A stretch of DNA of 64,000 nt from an uncultured Flavimarina sp. (lineage in GTDB: Bacteria > Bacteroidota > Bacteroidia > Flavobacteriales > Flavobacteriaceae), in assembly GCA_964398145.1 (NCBI GenBank), contig CAYNMH010000003.1:4156-68155 (forward strand), given 5' to 3'. The notes beneath the pieces are model-generated. The model did not search any database, was not told where the DNA came from, and saw only the letters and a list, made by a program, of their open reading frames with translations. How positions within the stretch are numbered: position 1 is the first letter of the stretch; each line of letters opens with the position of its first letter. Both the position numbers and the translations under genes were made by a program. This document shows positions 1 through 9,562 of this stretch, in pieces.

Positions 1-140
1 AAAATTTGGGGCATTCACTAAACACCAGTGCAAATGAAGTGGGGTTGATACCCGTTTCTGAAACTACGGGCTACTTTAGTTCAGATAAAAACTCTTTAGA
101 TCAAAAGGGTTTAAATATATACAGCTTTCAAATGCAATAG
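1..140 (+). CDS. 3' end of an unidentified CDS, truncated by the window edge; possibly a PD40/TolB-like beta-propeller repeat C-terminus
   Basis: Frame +3 is open from the window edge to TAG at 138-140 (..NLGHSLNTSANEVGLIPVSETTGYFSSDKNSLDQKGLNIYSFQMQ*). The LG..N...E..P.S...YFSSD....G.NIY pattern resembles a PD40 blade. Absent from the ORF track because it is short and partial. Confidence 0.35.
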   Translation, partial: NLGHSLNTSANEVGLIPVSETTGYFSSDKNSLDQKGLNIYSFQMQ

Positions 141-159
141 GGTTCTGCATTACTGAAAA

Positions 160-195
160 TTCAAAAGGCCCGCTTGCATTATGCAGCGGGCCTTT
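160..195. terminator. Bidirectional rho-independent terminator between the partial plus-strand CDS and clpX
   Basis: GC-rich stem ggcccgct(t)gca / tgcagcgggcc (167-192) with a 3-nt loop. An A-run lies upstream and a T-run downstream, so a U-tract follows the hairpin on either strand. Confidence 0.7.
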
Positions 196-219
196 CTAAT
201 TACGTGCCTGAGCCATATA

Positions 220-1452
220 TCAGGAAACGGCTTTCAGTTTTTTAATGGTCGATTTTTCCAGCTTAAATTCGGCGTAATTTTTATCAACCTTAAATTCGGT
301 AGCATCTGAACTGGGTAGCTCAAACATCGCGTCGGTAAAAATCGCTTCACATAGTGAACGCAATCCCCGTGCGCCTAACTTATATTCGATAGCCTTTTGT
401 ACGATATAATCTAAAGCTTCCGGAGTAATTTCAAACTCGATATCATCCATATCAAAAAGCTTTTCATATTGCTTGATTATCGCATTCTTAGGCTCTGTTA
501 AAATAGCTCGTAGTGTTGCGGCATCCAGTGGGTCCATGTGTGTAAGCACAGGTAAACGACCGATGATTTCAGGGATAAGGCCAAAATCTTTCAAATCTTT
601 AGGAATGATGTATTTCAGAAGGTTATCTCGCTCAATAACATCTTCGCTTTTGCTGGCGCTAAATCCTACTGCCTGCATATTTAAACGCTTGCTGATGACG
701 CGCTCAATGCCGTCAAAAGCTCCGCCTGCTATAAACAGGATATGTTCAGTATTGACTTCAATAAATTTCTGATCGGGATGTTTTCGACCTCCTTTAGGCG
801 GAACATTCACGGTAGTTCCTTCGAGCAATTTCAATAAAGCCTGTTGAACCCCTTCCCCACTTACATCACGGGTTATCGAAGGATTGTCGCTTTTACGCGC
901 AATTTTATCAATCTCATCAATAAATACAATACCCCGCTCTGCCTTCTCCAGGTTATAATCTGCCGCCTGAAGCAAACGGGTAAGAATACTTTCTACGTCT
1001 TCGCCTACATAACCTGCTTCGGTAAGTACCGTCGCATCTACAATAGCCAGCGGTACGTTAAGCATGCGCGCAATGGTTTTGGCCATTAAAGTCTTACCGG
1101 TTCCGGTCTGACCCACCATTACAATATTGCTTTTCTGAATATCGATGTCATCTTCACTCTCGGGCTGCAGCAAACGCTTGTAATGGTTGTATACTGCTAC
1201 AGACATCACCTTTTTTGTAAAGTCCTGCCCTATAATGTACTCATCTAAAAACTCCTTTATTTCTTTCGGCTTTTTTAGGGTTAAGTCGCTATTGAGATTG
1301 CTTTTTGAAATGTCTTTAGCTTCCTCCAGGACGATGCCGTGAGCCTGCTCTATACAACGGTCACAAATGTGTGCGTCCAGACCGGCAATCAATAAATTGG
1401 TCTCCGGTTTTTTACGCCCACAAAAGGAACATTCTAATTCTTCTTTCGCCAT
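220..1452 (-). CDS. clpX: ATP-dependent Clp protease ATP-binding subunit ClpX
   Basis: 410 aa. N-terminal C4 zinc ribbon (CSFCGR..CDRC), Walker [12 protein letters not shown]+ body. ATG at 1452. Lies directly downstream of clpP. Confidence 0.97.
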   Translation of the reverse strand: MAKEELECSFCGRKKPETNLLIAGLDAHICDRCIEQAHGIVLEEAKDISKSNLNSDLTLKKPKEIKEFLDEYIIGQDFTKKVMSVAVYNHYKRLLQPESEDDIDIQKSNIVMVGQTGTGKTLMAKTIARMLNVPLAIVDATVLTEAGYVGEDVESILTRLLQAADYNLEKAERGIVFIDEIDKIARKSDNPSITRDVSGEGVQQALLKLLEGTTVNVPPKGGRKHPDQKFIEVNTEHILFIAGGAFDGIERVISKRLNMQAVGFSASKSEDVIERDNLLKYIIPKDLKDFGLIPEIIGRLPVLTHMDPLDAATLRAILTEPKNAIIKQYEKLFDMDDIEFEITPEALDYIVQKAIEYKLGARGLRSLCEAIFTDAMFELPSSDATEFKVDKNYAEFKLEKSTIKKLKAVS

Positions 1453-1519
1453 AATTCAATCTTTTTGATTTTAAGAATGACTCTTAAAATCGTATTTACA
1501 GGTTAAATCCTGCGTATTA

Positions 1520-2194
1520 TTATTCTCTTGCCAGTATTTCGTCAATCATACCGTACTCCAGTGCTTTATCGGCTTTCATCCAGTAATCGCGATCGCTGTC
1601 TTCATATACCTTTTCATAAGTCTGCCCCGAATGTTTCGCGATGATACGGTACAATTCTTCTTTTAACGTAAGGATTTCACGTGCTGTAATCTCGATATCG
1701 CTGGCCTGACCCTGAGCTCCGCCTAACGGCTGGTGAATCATCACGCGGGAGTGGGTTAAACCGCTTCGCTTACCTTTGGCTCCTGCACACAATAAAACGG
1801 CTCCCATAGAGGCCGCCATACCGGTACAAATCGTAGCCACATCAGGCTTTATAAACTGCATGGTGTCATAAATCCCCAGACCTGCATAGACGCTACCGCC
1901 CGGAGAGTTGATGTAAATTTGAATATCTTTAGAAGCATCGGTACTTTCTAAAAACAGCAACTGAGCCTGCACAATATTGGCCACCTGATCGTTTATGCCC
2001 GTTCCCAGGAATATAATACGATCCATCATTAAGCGCGAAAATACGTCCATTGCAACAGCATTCATCTGGCGTTCCTCGATGATATTTGGAGTAAGCCCCA
2101 CCGGGTACATACTACTCATAATTTTATCGTAGTAGGTGCTGCTTATACCCTGATCTTTTATAGCATACTTTTTAAACTCTTCTGCGTAATTCAT
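1520..2194 (-). CDS. clpP: ATP-dependent Clp protease proteolytic subunit ClpP
   Basis: ClpP catalytic context ([16 protein letters not shown]). The ORF-track start at 2233 is a TTG. The ATG at 2194 (MNYAEEF..) gives a canonical 224-aa protein. Confidence 0.95.
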   Translation of the reverse strand: MNYAEEFKKYAIKDQGISSTYYDKIMSSMYPVGLTPNIIEERQMNAVAMDVFSRLMMDRIIFLGTGINDQVANIVQAQLLFLESTDASKDIQIYINSPGGSVYAGLGIYDTMQFIKPDVATICTGMAASMGAVLLCAGAKGKRSGLTHSRVMIHQPLGGAQGQASDIEITAREILTLKEELYRIIAKHSGQTYEKVYEDSDRDYWMKADKALEYGMIDEILARE

Positions 2195-2230
2195 AGTGAT
2201 TTTTTTGAATGTTTTCAGGAGCGAACCTCC

Positions 2231-2238
2231 CAAAATTA
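2231..2238 (-). promoter_or_regulatory. Candidate Bacteroidetes -7 box (TAATTTTG) for clpP-clpX
   Basis: Minus strand reads TAATTTTG, matching the TAnnTTTG consensus, 37 nt upstream of the clpP ATG. No convincing -33 TTTG found. Confidence 0.3.
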
Positions 2239-2281
2239 AATTTCATTAAAAAAGGTGCTGACACACCTCTACAATTGCAAG

Positions 2282-2316
2282 TAAAAAGGCGTTTCAACCC
2301 AAAGTTAAAACGCCTT
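2282..2316 (-). terminator. Putative intrinsic terminator after tig
   Basis: Stem aaggcgtt / aacgcctt (2286-2293 / 2309-2316), followed on the minus strand by TTTTTA. The loop is long (15 nt). Confidence 0.45.
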
Positions 2317-2343
2317 AAAGATACTATATAATTTAGAGAATTG

Positions 2344-3666
2344 CTAGTTGTAAACTTCTTTGACAAACTCGTCAAAGCTTACTTCTTTCTCTTTTAATTT
2401 CACGTTTTCTTTAAAGAAATCAAGCAGTTTTTTGTTCATTAACTGCTCTGAAAGGCGACGCACCTCGTCCTGATTGCTCAGGATACGTGCCGCGATACCT
2501 TCAAGCTCTTCATCAGATGCATTCATCTGACCGTACTGAGCCATCTGAGCCTTAATCATATCCTTGGCGTAGGCCTTAATTTCTTCAAAAGTGATCTGCA
2601 GGTTGTTATCTGCTATAATTTTACCCTCAATAAGCTGGTAACGCAGTCCTTTTTCTGAACGTTCGTATTCTTCTGCAGCTTCTTCAAAGGTCAGCTCCTT
2701 CTCTCCGCTTTGCTGTATCCATTTCTTAAGAAATTCTGCAGGTAGATCAAATTCAGTATTTTCAATCAGCTTTTCAGTAACATCATTCAGTAACTGTTGA
2801 TCGCTTTGTTGCTTAAACTGAGCCTCTCCCTCTTCTTTGATTTTTTCGCGAAGCTCTGTAACCGATGTTACAACACCCTCTCCATACAACTTATCAAAAA
2901 GCTCCTGATCTAAATCGGCAGGCTCTCTGTGATTTACTTCAGTTATGGTAAAAGAAACTTCCAGATTTTGCTCTTTTGCTTCATCTTCACTCATCCCTAG
3001 ATGCGCGCGATAATCTCCTGCTTCGGCAAACAAACCTTTAGTGGTAACTGTGATAACATCACCTACTTTAGCACCAACAAAAGCAGAGGTATTTGCTTTA
3101 CGCTTTAGTTTGTCAACCTCAAAAGTGGTTTTCTTATCAAGCTCTGCTTCTTCATTAACAAAACTACCGCTAACTTCATCACCGGCTTCTACTTCCTGTT
3201 TGCTGGTAATTTTACCGTATTGTTTCTGAATGGTTTTGATCTGATTGTCCAGCATCTTATCATCAACTACGATCTTATAGCTGGTGATGGCTTCTTTAGG
3301 CTGAAGATCTACTTCAAATTTTGGAGATAATCCCAGTTCAAATTCAAAAGTATAATCATCTTCATCCCAGTTGAGGCCTTCCTGACCCTTTGGAAGCGGA
3401 TTGCCCAGCACGTCCAGTTTTTCTTCGGTAAGATACTTTTGCAGATTGTCCTGAAGCAATTTATTTACCTCATCAACCTTAACTGCCTTACCGTACTGCT
3501 TTTGTACAAGACCCATAGGTACGTGACCTTTTCTAAACCCGGGAATGTTAGCCGATTTACGATAATCTTTCAGTACTTTTTGCACGTTTTCGCTGTAGTC
3601 ATCTTTAGCAATAGCTACTTTGAGTACTGCATTAAGCTCATCAATATTCTCTCGTGTAATATTCAT
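2344..3666 (-). CDS. tig: Trigger factor
   Basis: 440 aa. N-terminal ribosome-binding signature GFRKGHVP. Classic tig-clpP-clpX gene order. Confidence 0.95.
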   Translation of the reverse strand: MNITRENIDELNAVLKVAIAKDDYSENVQKVLKDYRKSANIPGFRKGHVPMGLVQKQYGKAVKVDEVNKLLQDNLQKYLTEEKLDVLGNPLPKGQEGLNWDEDDYTFEFELGLSPKFEVDLQPKEAITSYKIVVDDKMLDNQIKTIQKQYGKITSKQEVEAGDEVSGSFVNEEAELDKKTTFEVDKLKRKANTSAFVGAKVGDVITVTTKGLFAEAGDYRAHLGMSEDEAKEQNLEVSFTITEVNHREPADLDQELFDKLYGEGVVTSVTELREKIKEEGEAQFKQQSDQQLLNDVTEKLIENTEFDLPAEFLKKWIQQSGEKELTFEEAAEEYERSEKGLRYQLIEGKIIADNNLQITFEEIKAYAKDMIKAQMAQYGQMNASDEELEGIAARILSNQDEVRRLSEQLMNKKLLDFFKENVKLKEKEVSFDEFVKEVYN

Positions 3667-3700
3667 CTTCTAGTGGAATTTTCCTATAAAATTTGGAGTG

Positions 3701-3731
3701 CAAAAGTACATCTTTTTTAGATGCCTGCAAA
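3701..3731 (-). promoter_or_regulatory. Candidate sigma-A type promoter for tig (-33 TTTG / -7 TACTTTTG)
   Basis: Minus strand reads TTTG-N19-TACTTTTG, which matches the Bacteroidetes -33/-7 consensus and spacing exactly. The last G is 35 nt upstream of the tig ATG. Confidence 0.5.
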
Positions 3732-3761
3732 GTTTATAACCACTTAGCATTCAGCAGACTT

Positions 3762-4103
3762 TTATTCTTCTTTAATTAAGGCAAAAAGCACAGACTGAAA
3801 TAACGAAAGCAACAAGCTAAATAACAATGCCCACCAGATTCCGTCAACAACAAATCCGCTTACAAAATAGCCTGCAAGCCAAATAATAATCGCATTAATA
3901 AACAGTAAAAAAATTCCCAGCGTAAGAATAGTAATAGGCAGCGTGAGCACTATAAGAATAGGTTTCACAATAAGTCGAAGCAACGCAATTACAATAGCCA
4001 CTATAAATGCAGTAAAGAAGGACGTGACGCTTATACCCGGAAGCAGATAGCCCAAAAGGATAACTGCAATTGCAGTAAGCAACAGTTTTAGTAATGTTTT
4101 CAT
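3762..4103 (-). CDS. Small four-TM membrane protein, YvlD/Phage_holin_4_2-like
   Basis: 113 aa, almost entirely hydrophobic helices (..IVKPILIVLTLPITILTLGIFLLFINA..). ATG at 4103. Confidence 0.6.
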   Translation of the reverse strand: MKTLLKLLLTAIAVILLGYLLPGISVTSFFTAFIVAIVIALLRLIVKPILIVLTLPITILTLGIFLLFINAIIIWLAGYFVSGFVVDGIWWALLFSLLLSLFQSVLFALIKEE

Positions 4104-4127
4104 AGGGTTAAGTTTAGAACTTAAAAA

Positions 4128-4158
4128 TAAAAAAACGCCGTCAGTAGCTGACGGCGTT
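4128..4158 (-). terminator. Rho-independent terminator after the FadL/SGNH gene pair
   Basis: Perfect 11-bp stem aacgccgtcag / ctgacggcgtt (4134-4144 / 4148-4158), 3-nt loop, then a T6 run on the minus strand. Confidence 0.85.
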
Positions 4159-4182
4159 AAATCTTAAAACCTGCATAAATAT

Positions 4183-5697
4183 TTAATTACCCAAATCTGA
4201 AGCAGGAAGTACTGTTACCGTGGCATAGTTCCCAATATTTACCTTAGGCACAGTAGAACCATAGGTATCATTAATAGCATCAATCGCCAAATTTGCTAGA
4301 TGCGCATATCCGCGAGGAGTAGGATGAACTCCGTCAAGGGAAAAAGCACCACCTGTTGCAAATGTGGAAGTCAATGTTCCGGAGTCGTAGGTTATTCCTC
4401 CATTTGCGAGTTGATTTAATGTTGCTCGCGCATCAACAAGAGCCAGGCCGTTTGCCTGAGCGATGCCTGCAATTGTATTATTATACGCTGTCTGAGCCGC
4501 AGTAATAAGTGCCTGCTCTGAAGGGGTGAGCACAAACTGATCTGTTACCGGAGAACCTACCCCAATTGCTGAGCTGGGATCGTTAGGATTTGCCAAAGTA
4601 CCCAGCACCGTTCTGGAGGTAAGTACAAACAAATCGTCTGGTGTACTTTGTCTTAATTTAGGAAGAAAAGTTCCGGGAGCCGTAGGATTGGGCAAATTGG
4701 TAAGACTTTCATCTAAAATCACTGCTCCATTTTGACCCGCATTGAAATTTATAGTGCGTGCATCCCGCTCTGCAGGAGTAATAAAACCTAATGCCGCATA
4801 CTGTGCCATCGCACCATTATATTGCGCATATGCCTGATTTACCCCGGCTGCAGTTGCTGCATCTAAAGGAATGGGATTGTAAGGCACAGTTGTAAAAAAT
4901 GGAATAGATGTCACATCTGGAATATTAAACAACACCCCGCCTGAGGCAGAAGCGGTCAAAGCATTTACTTCATCGTTATATACGCTGGCAAAAACATTAG
5001 GATCTGTAATGTCATTTGGACCATATGTAGCCGGATTTAAATTACCGGTTTGATCGACGCCTACACCCCCGCTGGTTGCATAGCTTAAAATGTCGTTGTT
5101 TCCAATCCACAAGGAGAAAAACGTGGGGTTTTGCGCCGTCGCATCCTGAATGATTGTTGCATTAGTACTGCTTGCAAAACGCACAAAGTATGGATTAGAG
5201 GCACCGGCACTTACCCCTGCAATATTACCGTAACCAGGCGCGACTAAATGAAAGCTCTTTGCTCCCGGCACCCCCATATTATTAAAAGGACCGGTAAGTA
5301 CATTTCCTATTTCAGTAGTTGGCATGCCACTTAATCGAACCGGTGCAGGAGCACCCTGAGCATCGACCGCTAGAACAAATCTGTTTTCAGTAATTTGATT
5401 ACCGTTTGCTAAAAGTCCTCCCAGGTTATCATTTACTAATGGTTGATTAAATTCTCCCCCGCCTGCAAGTGCAAATTGCCCCGCAAGGATATTAGGAAAA
5501 CTGTTTTCCTGCCCGGTAATATACAGAGCGCCATCGGCGTAACCTGCTGTTAAGGAATTCCCCACAGCAACAAAGTTAGAAAAGTCGGCAGAGCCACTGG
5601 TATACACACCTCCGTCTTCAATAGGATTGTCCAGTTCTGCTTCACAAGCTGTGAGAAGCACGGCAGACAGGGCCATTAATTTTATATAGTTTTTCAT
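4183..5697 (-). CDS. SGNH/GDSL-family hydrolase lipoprotein (oversized, about 504 aa)
   Basis: ATG at 5697 gives MKNYIKLMALSAVLLTAC (lipobox). SGNH blocks are present: VGNSLTAGY, MGVPGAKS, WIGNNDIL, DGVHPTPRGY. The ORF-track start at 5739 adds 14 unlikely residues. Confidence 0.8.
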   Translation of the reverse strand: MKNYIKLMALSAVLLTACEAELDNPIEDGGVYTSGSADFSNFVAVGNSLTAGYADGALYITGQENSFPNILAGQFALAGGGEFNQPLVNDNLGGLLANGNQITENRFVLAVDAQGAPAPVRLSGMPTTEIGNVLTGPFNNMGVPGAKSFHLVAPGYGNIAGVSAGASNPYFVRFASSTNATIIQDATAQNPTFFSLWIGNNDILSYATSGGVGVDQTGNLNPATYGPNDITDPNVFASVYNDEVNALTASASGGVLFNIPDVTSIPFFTTVPYNPIPLDAATAAGVNQAYAQYNGAMAQYAALGFITPAERDARTINFNAGQNGAVILDESLTNLPNPTAPGTFLPKLRQSTPDDLFVLTSRTVLGTLANPNDPSSAIGVGSPVTDQFVLTPSEQALITAAQTAYNNTIAGIAQANGLALVDARATLNQLANGGITYDSGTLTSTFATGGAFSLDGVHPTPRGYAHLANLAIDAINDTYGSTVPKVNIGNYATVTVLPASDLGN

Positions 5698-5798
5698 CTG
5701 TTTAATTTTTATCTGTTTATGGGTCAGATGTAATTTCACCGAAGCACACTCGCACTATCAGGAGTTGTGCAGGCTCATTTCATTACACGAGCGCCGTT

Positions 5799-7061
5799 CT
5801 ACATCTTATAGGTTAATCCAATTCCAGGTATGAAGGCACTTGATTTATAGGTACCACCAAAAGAGGAACCGTCATCTACAAAATCATACGATTCATTTAT
5901 TTCTTTAAATCTTACGTAAAGAAACGATGCATCAATGGCAAAGCTATTTGATATATCAAAAGAAAGTCCGGCAGTAAAACCGTTAGAATCATTACGAGGC
6001 GTTTCTGGAGCAAAATATCCGGATCGGATAGGGGTTTCGTCAAAGTAGTAACCGGCTCTCAGCGTAAATTTTTCGCTAGCGGCATAAGCTAAACCAAATT
6101 TATAAATAGATGAATTCCTGTAATTTCTGGGATTTATAGACTCTCTTCCGTTACCAAAAATGATATCTAAATCTTCATAAACATCCCAAAAGGTTCGGGT
6201 GTAATCAAAGTTAAACACCCACTTTTTGCAATCGTAAGAAAGACCCACTGTAAGCTCTGCCGGTAAAGGTAAAGACGCTTCAAAACCGGTTTCTCCATTT
6301 GAAGGGATAGTGGTCCCTCCAACATTAATGGGCGCACCCGAATCATTCGGGAAGTTGGCAAAAGTAGCGGTACCTTCGGTAGACTCTAGAATGATCTCAG
6401 ATCGATAATTTGCTCCTATTCTAAAATTATCTGTAACATTAAACAAGGCACCGAGTGACCAACCCCAATTAGTAACCCCACTATCATCTATGGTTACATT
6501 AGATCGATTTCCTTCAATATCTGTTAAAAACCTACTGGCATTTCGATTAAAATTTACGTTACCCGTTACAAAAATAGGCCCTCCACCTATACTCATCACC
6601 TCATTTATTTTTAAGGAAATTAAAGGTTGAATGAAAATAGCTGAAAGTTCAATATTATTAACTAAATGGGAGCCGGCCCAGTCAGTAGGCCATTCCACAG
6701 TACTACCATAAGGTGTGTATACTGCAAGACCCAGGCTCATCCACTCGGTTGCTGCATAAGAACCATAGGCATAAAAGGGCGTTCCCATAGGGCTGTCTGT
6801 CTGCGCATATTGCCCGGTACTCTCATTTTGCCAGGCTACACTTGAAAAAACGCCAAAACCACCGGCCGAAACATTCAGCCTGTTTTCTAAATAAACCAAA
6901 CCCGCAGGGTTAAAAAATGCAAGTTCGGCGGTGTTCACATACGCCACACCAGTGTGACCCATTGCGAGGGCTCGTTGCCCTTGAAGCCCTACACGATAGC
7001 CTCCCGCAAACGATGTAGCGGAAGCTAGCAAGAAGAGGGACGCTAGTAAAATTTTTCTCAT
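5799..7061 (-). CDS. OmpP1/FadL/TodX-family outer-membrane hydrophobic-compound channel
   Basis: Signal peptide, then GGYRVGLQGQRALAMGHTG, which is typical of FadL-family N-termini. Beta-strand periodicity. C-terminal ..PGIGLTYKM. Confidence 0.8.
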   Translation of the reverse strand: MRKILLASLFLLASATSFAGGYRVGLQGQRALAMGHTGVAYVNTAELAFFNPAGLVYLENRLNVSAGGFGVFSSVAWQNESTGQYAQTDSPMGTPFYAYGSYAATEWMSLGLAVYTPYGSTVEWPTDWAGSHLVNNIELSAIFIQPLISLKINEVMSIGGGPIFVTGNVNFNRNASRFLTDIEGNRSNVTIDDSGVTNWGWSLGALFNVTDNFRIGANYRSEIILESTEGTATFANFPNDSGAPINVGGTTIPSNGETGFEASLPLPAELTVGLSYDCKKWVFNFDYTRTFWDVYEDLDIIFGNGRESINPRNYRNSSIYKFGLAYAASEKFTLRAGYYFDETPIRSGYFAPETPRNDSNGFTAGLSFDISNSFAIDASFLYVRFKEINESYDFVDDGSSFGGTYKSSAFIPGIGLTYKM

Positions 7062-7312
7062 GATTATGATAAAGGTTTATGATTAGGGAGCTTTAAAACA
7101 TGTATGCAAAAACAACATTTGTTATGCATACATAATAAATCCGTAAACAATGTTATAAAATTTTCTTGAGTTCTTAGAATATTTATATCCTTTTTATGAA
7201 TACCCTAAAACTATCTGGCGCTATACTGCTATATACACAAGAAATAGAGAACTAAGCTAGTAGATTATTGAGCTTTTTTTCTTAAAATGACCTTAAACTC
7301 TCAATGCAATGC

Positions 7313-8089
7313 TTATTGCTTTTCGAGAAAATGCATCACTTCCTTATAAAAATCTTCAGGATTCTCAGCATGAAGCCAGTGGCCTGCATTCTTGATTCCT
7401 ACAATTTTGGAATTTGGAAAATGTGCCTGGATTAAAGCCGTATCCTCTGACTTTATATAATCCGATTTTAATCCATTCAGGAATAGCGTGTCGCCTTCAT
7501 AAATAGTCTGCGTAGGTAGGGCTTCGCCAATAGCCTCTACTTCACGGGTCAAAATCGGAAGATTCACCCGTAAAGCCAGGGTTTTATCTTTTTGCCAGTA
7601 TAAATTTTTAAGCAGGAACTGCCGCGTACCCCAATCTTTTATATGATTCTCTAAAAATTCATCAGCAGCGCCACGTGAAGTACGTGCCTCCTGATTTTCA
7701 GAAAGAGCCTTAAGTCCATCTAAGATTTTTTGATGATGAGGCGGGTAATGTCTGGGACCTATATCAGCAATGATCAATTTATCCAGCAACTCAGGATATT
7801 GCATTGCAAAAAACATAGCCGTTTTACCTCCCATGGAATGCCCAAGTAAAACAATGGATTCCAGGTTGTGCTTATCGCAATATTCCTTCACGTCTTTTGC
7901 TAAAACCTCGTAATTGAATACTTCACTGTGAAAACTACGCCCGTGATTGCGCTGGTCTACCAGATGAATCTCATAACCGTTTTCAGCAAATTGATTGGCA
8001 AGAGTTTTCCAGTTGTCCCCCATTCCTAAAAATCCATGAAGAATAACGAAAGGTTTGCCTTTCCCGCTGATGCTGCTGTGTAAACTCAT
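7313..8089 (-). CDS. Alpha/beta-fold hydrolase (esterase-like)
   Basis: 258 aa. HGFLG oxyanion region, nucleophile elbow GHSMGG, C-terminal AGHW(L)H. One nt downstream of pdxJ. Confidence 0.8.
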   Translation of the reverse strand: MSLHSSISGKGKPFVILHGFLGMGDNWKTLANQFAENGYEIHLVDQRNHGRSFHSEVFNYEVLAKDVKEYCDKHNLESIVLLGHSMGGKTAMFFAMQYPELLDKLIIADIGPRHYPPHHQKILDGLKALSENQEARTSRGAADEFLENHIKDWGTRQFLLKNLYWQKDKTLALRVNLPILTREVEAIGEALPTQTIYEGDTLFLNGLKSDYIKSEDTALIQAHFPNSKIVGIKNAGHWLHAENPEDFYKEVMHFLEKQ

Positions 8090-8090
8090 T

Positions 8091-8804
8091 TCAAGACAGG
8101 GCTTTTATATAAGACTGAATGGTTTTTTCAAGACCCATATACAGGGCTTCTGCAATTAAGGCATGACCAATAGAAACTTCCAGTAGGCCGGGAATACTGT
8201 CTGCAAAAAACTTGACATTTTCCAGAGAAAGATCATGGCCGGCGTTAAGACCCAAATTAAGGTCCTGCGCCAGGAGGGCGGCTTCTACATAGGGCTTTAC
8301 AGCACTGGGATGCCCTTCCTTAAACCCGGTTGCAAAAGCTTCGGTATACAATTCAATACGATCTGTACCGGTTTCTTTAGCTCCTTCCACCATTTCTAAA
8401 ACAGGATCTACAAATATAGAGGTACGTATTCCGTTAGCTTTAAATTCCGAAATCACTTCCTGTAAGAACGATTTGTTTGCCAGCGTATCCCATCCTGCAT
8501 TAGAAGTAATAGCATCAACGGCATCTGGCACCAGGGTAACCTGCTGTGGTTTTACCTCAAGAACCAGATTTATAAACTTCTCCACAGGATTACCTTCCAT
8601 ATTCAACTCGGTCGTAACCACTTCCTTAAGATCCCGGGCATCCTGATACCTGATATGGCGCTCATCGGGCCGGGGATGTATTGTAATACCCTGTGCTCCA
8701 AAAGATTCTATATCCTGTGAAGTTTTAATAAGATCTGGAACGTTTCCCCCGCGCGCATTGCGCAAGGTTGCAATCTTATTAACATTTACGCTTAACTTAG
8801 TCAT
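8091..8804 (-). CDS. pdxJ: Pyridoxine 5'-phosphate synthase
   Basis: 237 aa. N-terminus [17 protein letters not shown] and the pattern ..HPRPDERHI.. are characteristic of PdxJ. Confidence 0.92.
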   Translation of the reverse strand: MTKLSVNVNKIATLRNARGGNVPDLIKTSQDIESFGAQGITIHPRPDERHIRYQDARDLKEVVTTELNMEGNPVEKFINLVLEVKPQQVTLVPDAVDAITSNAGWDTLANKSFLQEVISEFKANGIRTSIFVDPVLEMVEGAKETGTDRIELYTEAFATGFKEGHPSAVKPYVEAALLAQDLNLGLNAGHDLSLENVKFFADSIPGLLEVSIGHALIAEALYMGLEKTIQSYIKALS

Positions 8805-8890
8805 TTCAATAATTGTAACTTTGTGAGCAAAAATACAAAGTAACAGGTCGTTGCCCTTACTTTTTTAATTTTATTAAGGAACGAAAAGCT

Positions 8891-9553
8891 ATGGAAATTA
8901 CCGACTATATACTGAAAGATATTGATCCGCTTGAAGAATCCCGCCTCACCGGTGATGCGCAGGACCTCTTTTCTCAGACAACTTATTCGCACATCCCCAT
9001 TACCCGGGAAGGTACTTATGTAGGTTGCCTTAATGAAAACGATGTACATTGTCTTGAAGCCCCCTCTGCTATCGCAGACCATAGCCATATGTATGAAGTT
9101 TTTTTTGTAACAACCGAAACCAACTGGCTTAATGTGGTAGAAGTTTTTGCCCAAAACAGTACAAACTTATTGCCGGTGCTCGATGCTGAAACCGCAGCCT
9201 ATCTGGGCTACTACGAGCTTGCAGATGTAATGACCTATTTTAACAACACCCCGTTTCTTAACGAAACCGGAAGCATCCTGGTAATAGAGCACGGAATCCA
9301 CGATTACAGTTTTAGCGAGATAAGCCAGATTGTAGAATCTAATGATGGAAAAATTTTAGGAGCATTCATTTCAAGAATTTCTAATGATGTTGCCCAGATT
9401 TCTATAAAAATTGGCGTCAACACCAGTTTTAACAACATTTTACAGGCTTTCAGAAGATATGGATATGCCATTGTATCTCAACATCAGGAAGATGCATTCA
9501 TCAAAGATTTGAGAGAGCGTTCTCAATACCTTGAAAAATACCTGAACATTTAA
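8891..9553 (+). CDS. CBS-domain-containing protein
   Basis: 220 aa with a CBS-pair-like N-terminal half. Lies immediately upstream of nadK and divergent from pdxJ. Confidence 0.55.
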   Translation: MEITDYILKDIDPLEESRLTGDAQDLFSQTTYSHIPITREGTYVGCLNENDVHCLEAPSAIADHSHMYEVFFVTTETNWLNVVEVFAQNSTNLLPVLDAETAAYLGYYELADVMTYFNNTPFLNETGSILVIEHGIHDYSFSEISQIVESNDGKILGAFISRISNDVAQISIKIGVNTSFNNILQAFRRYGYAIVSQHQEDAFIKDLRERSQYLEKYLNI

Positions 9554-9562
9554 TTAGAGCGT

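Noticed and set aside
1453-1519. A hairpin (ttaaga..tcttaa) between clpP and clpX, considered as a terminator.
   Set aside because: The stem is short and AT-rich and no U-tract follows on the minus strand. clpP and clpX are more likely co-transcribed.
2172-2375. A 67-aa minus-strand ORF bridging the clpP start, the tig terminator and the tig 3' end.
   Set aside because: It overlaps two well-supported genes and a terminator hairpin, with no supporting features.
3762-4103. A Phage_holin_4_2-like membrane protein, considered as a hint of a prophage.
   Set aside because: It is a single gene between tig and the FadL pair. There are no integrase, capsid, tail or lysis partners anywhere in the window. 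This family is widespread as a chromosomal YvlD-like protein.
7196-7255. A 19-codon micro-ORF (MNTLKLSGAILLYTQEIEN) in the 251-nt gap upstream of the FadL-like gene.
   Set aside because: No start context or conservation evidence is available. It is on the strand opposite to all neighbouring genes, so it is probably a chance ORF.
8801-9154. A 117-aa minus-strand ORF spanning the pdxJ/CBS divergent promoter region and the 5' part of the CBS gene.
   Set aside because: It overlaps a better-supported plus-strand CDS and the pdxJ start. No motifs; most likely spurious.
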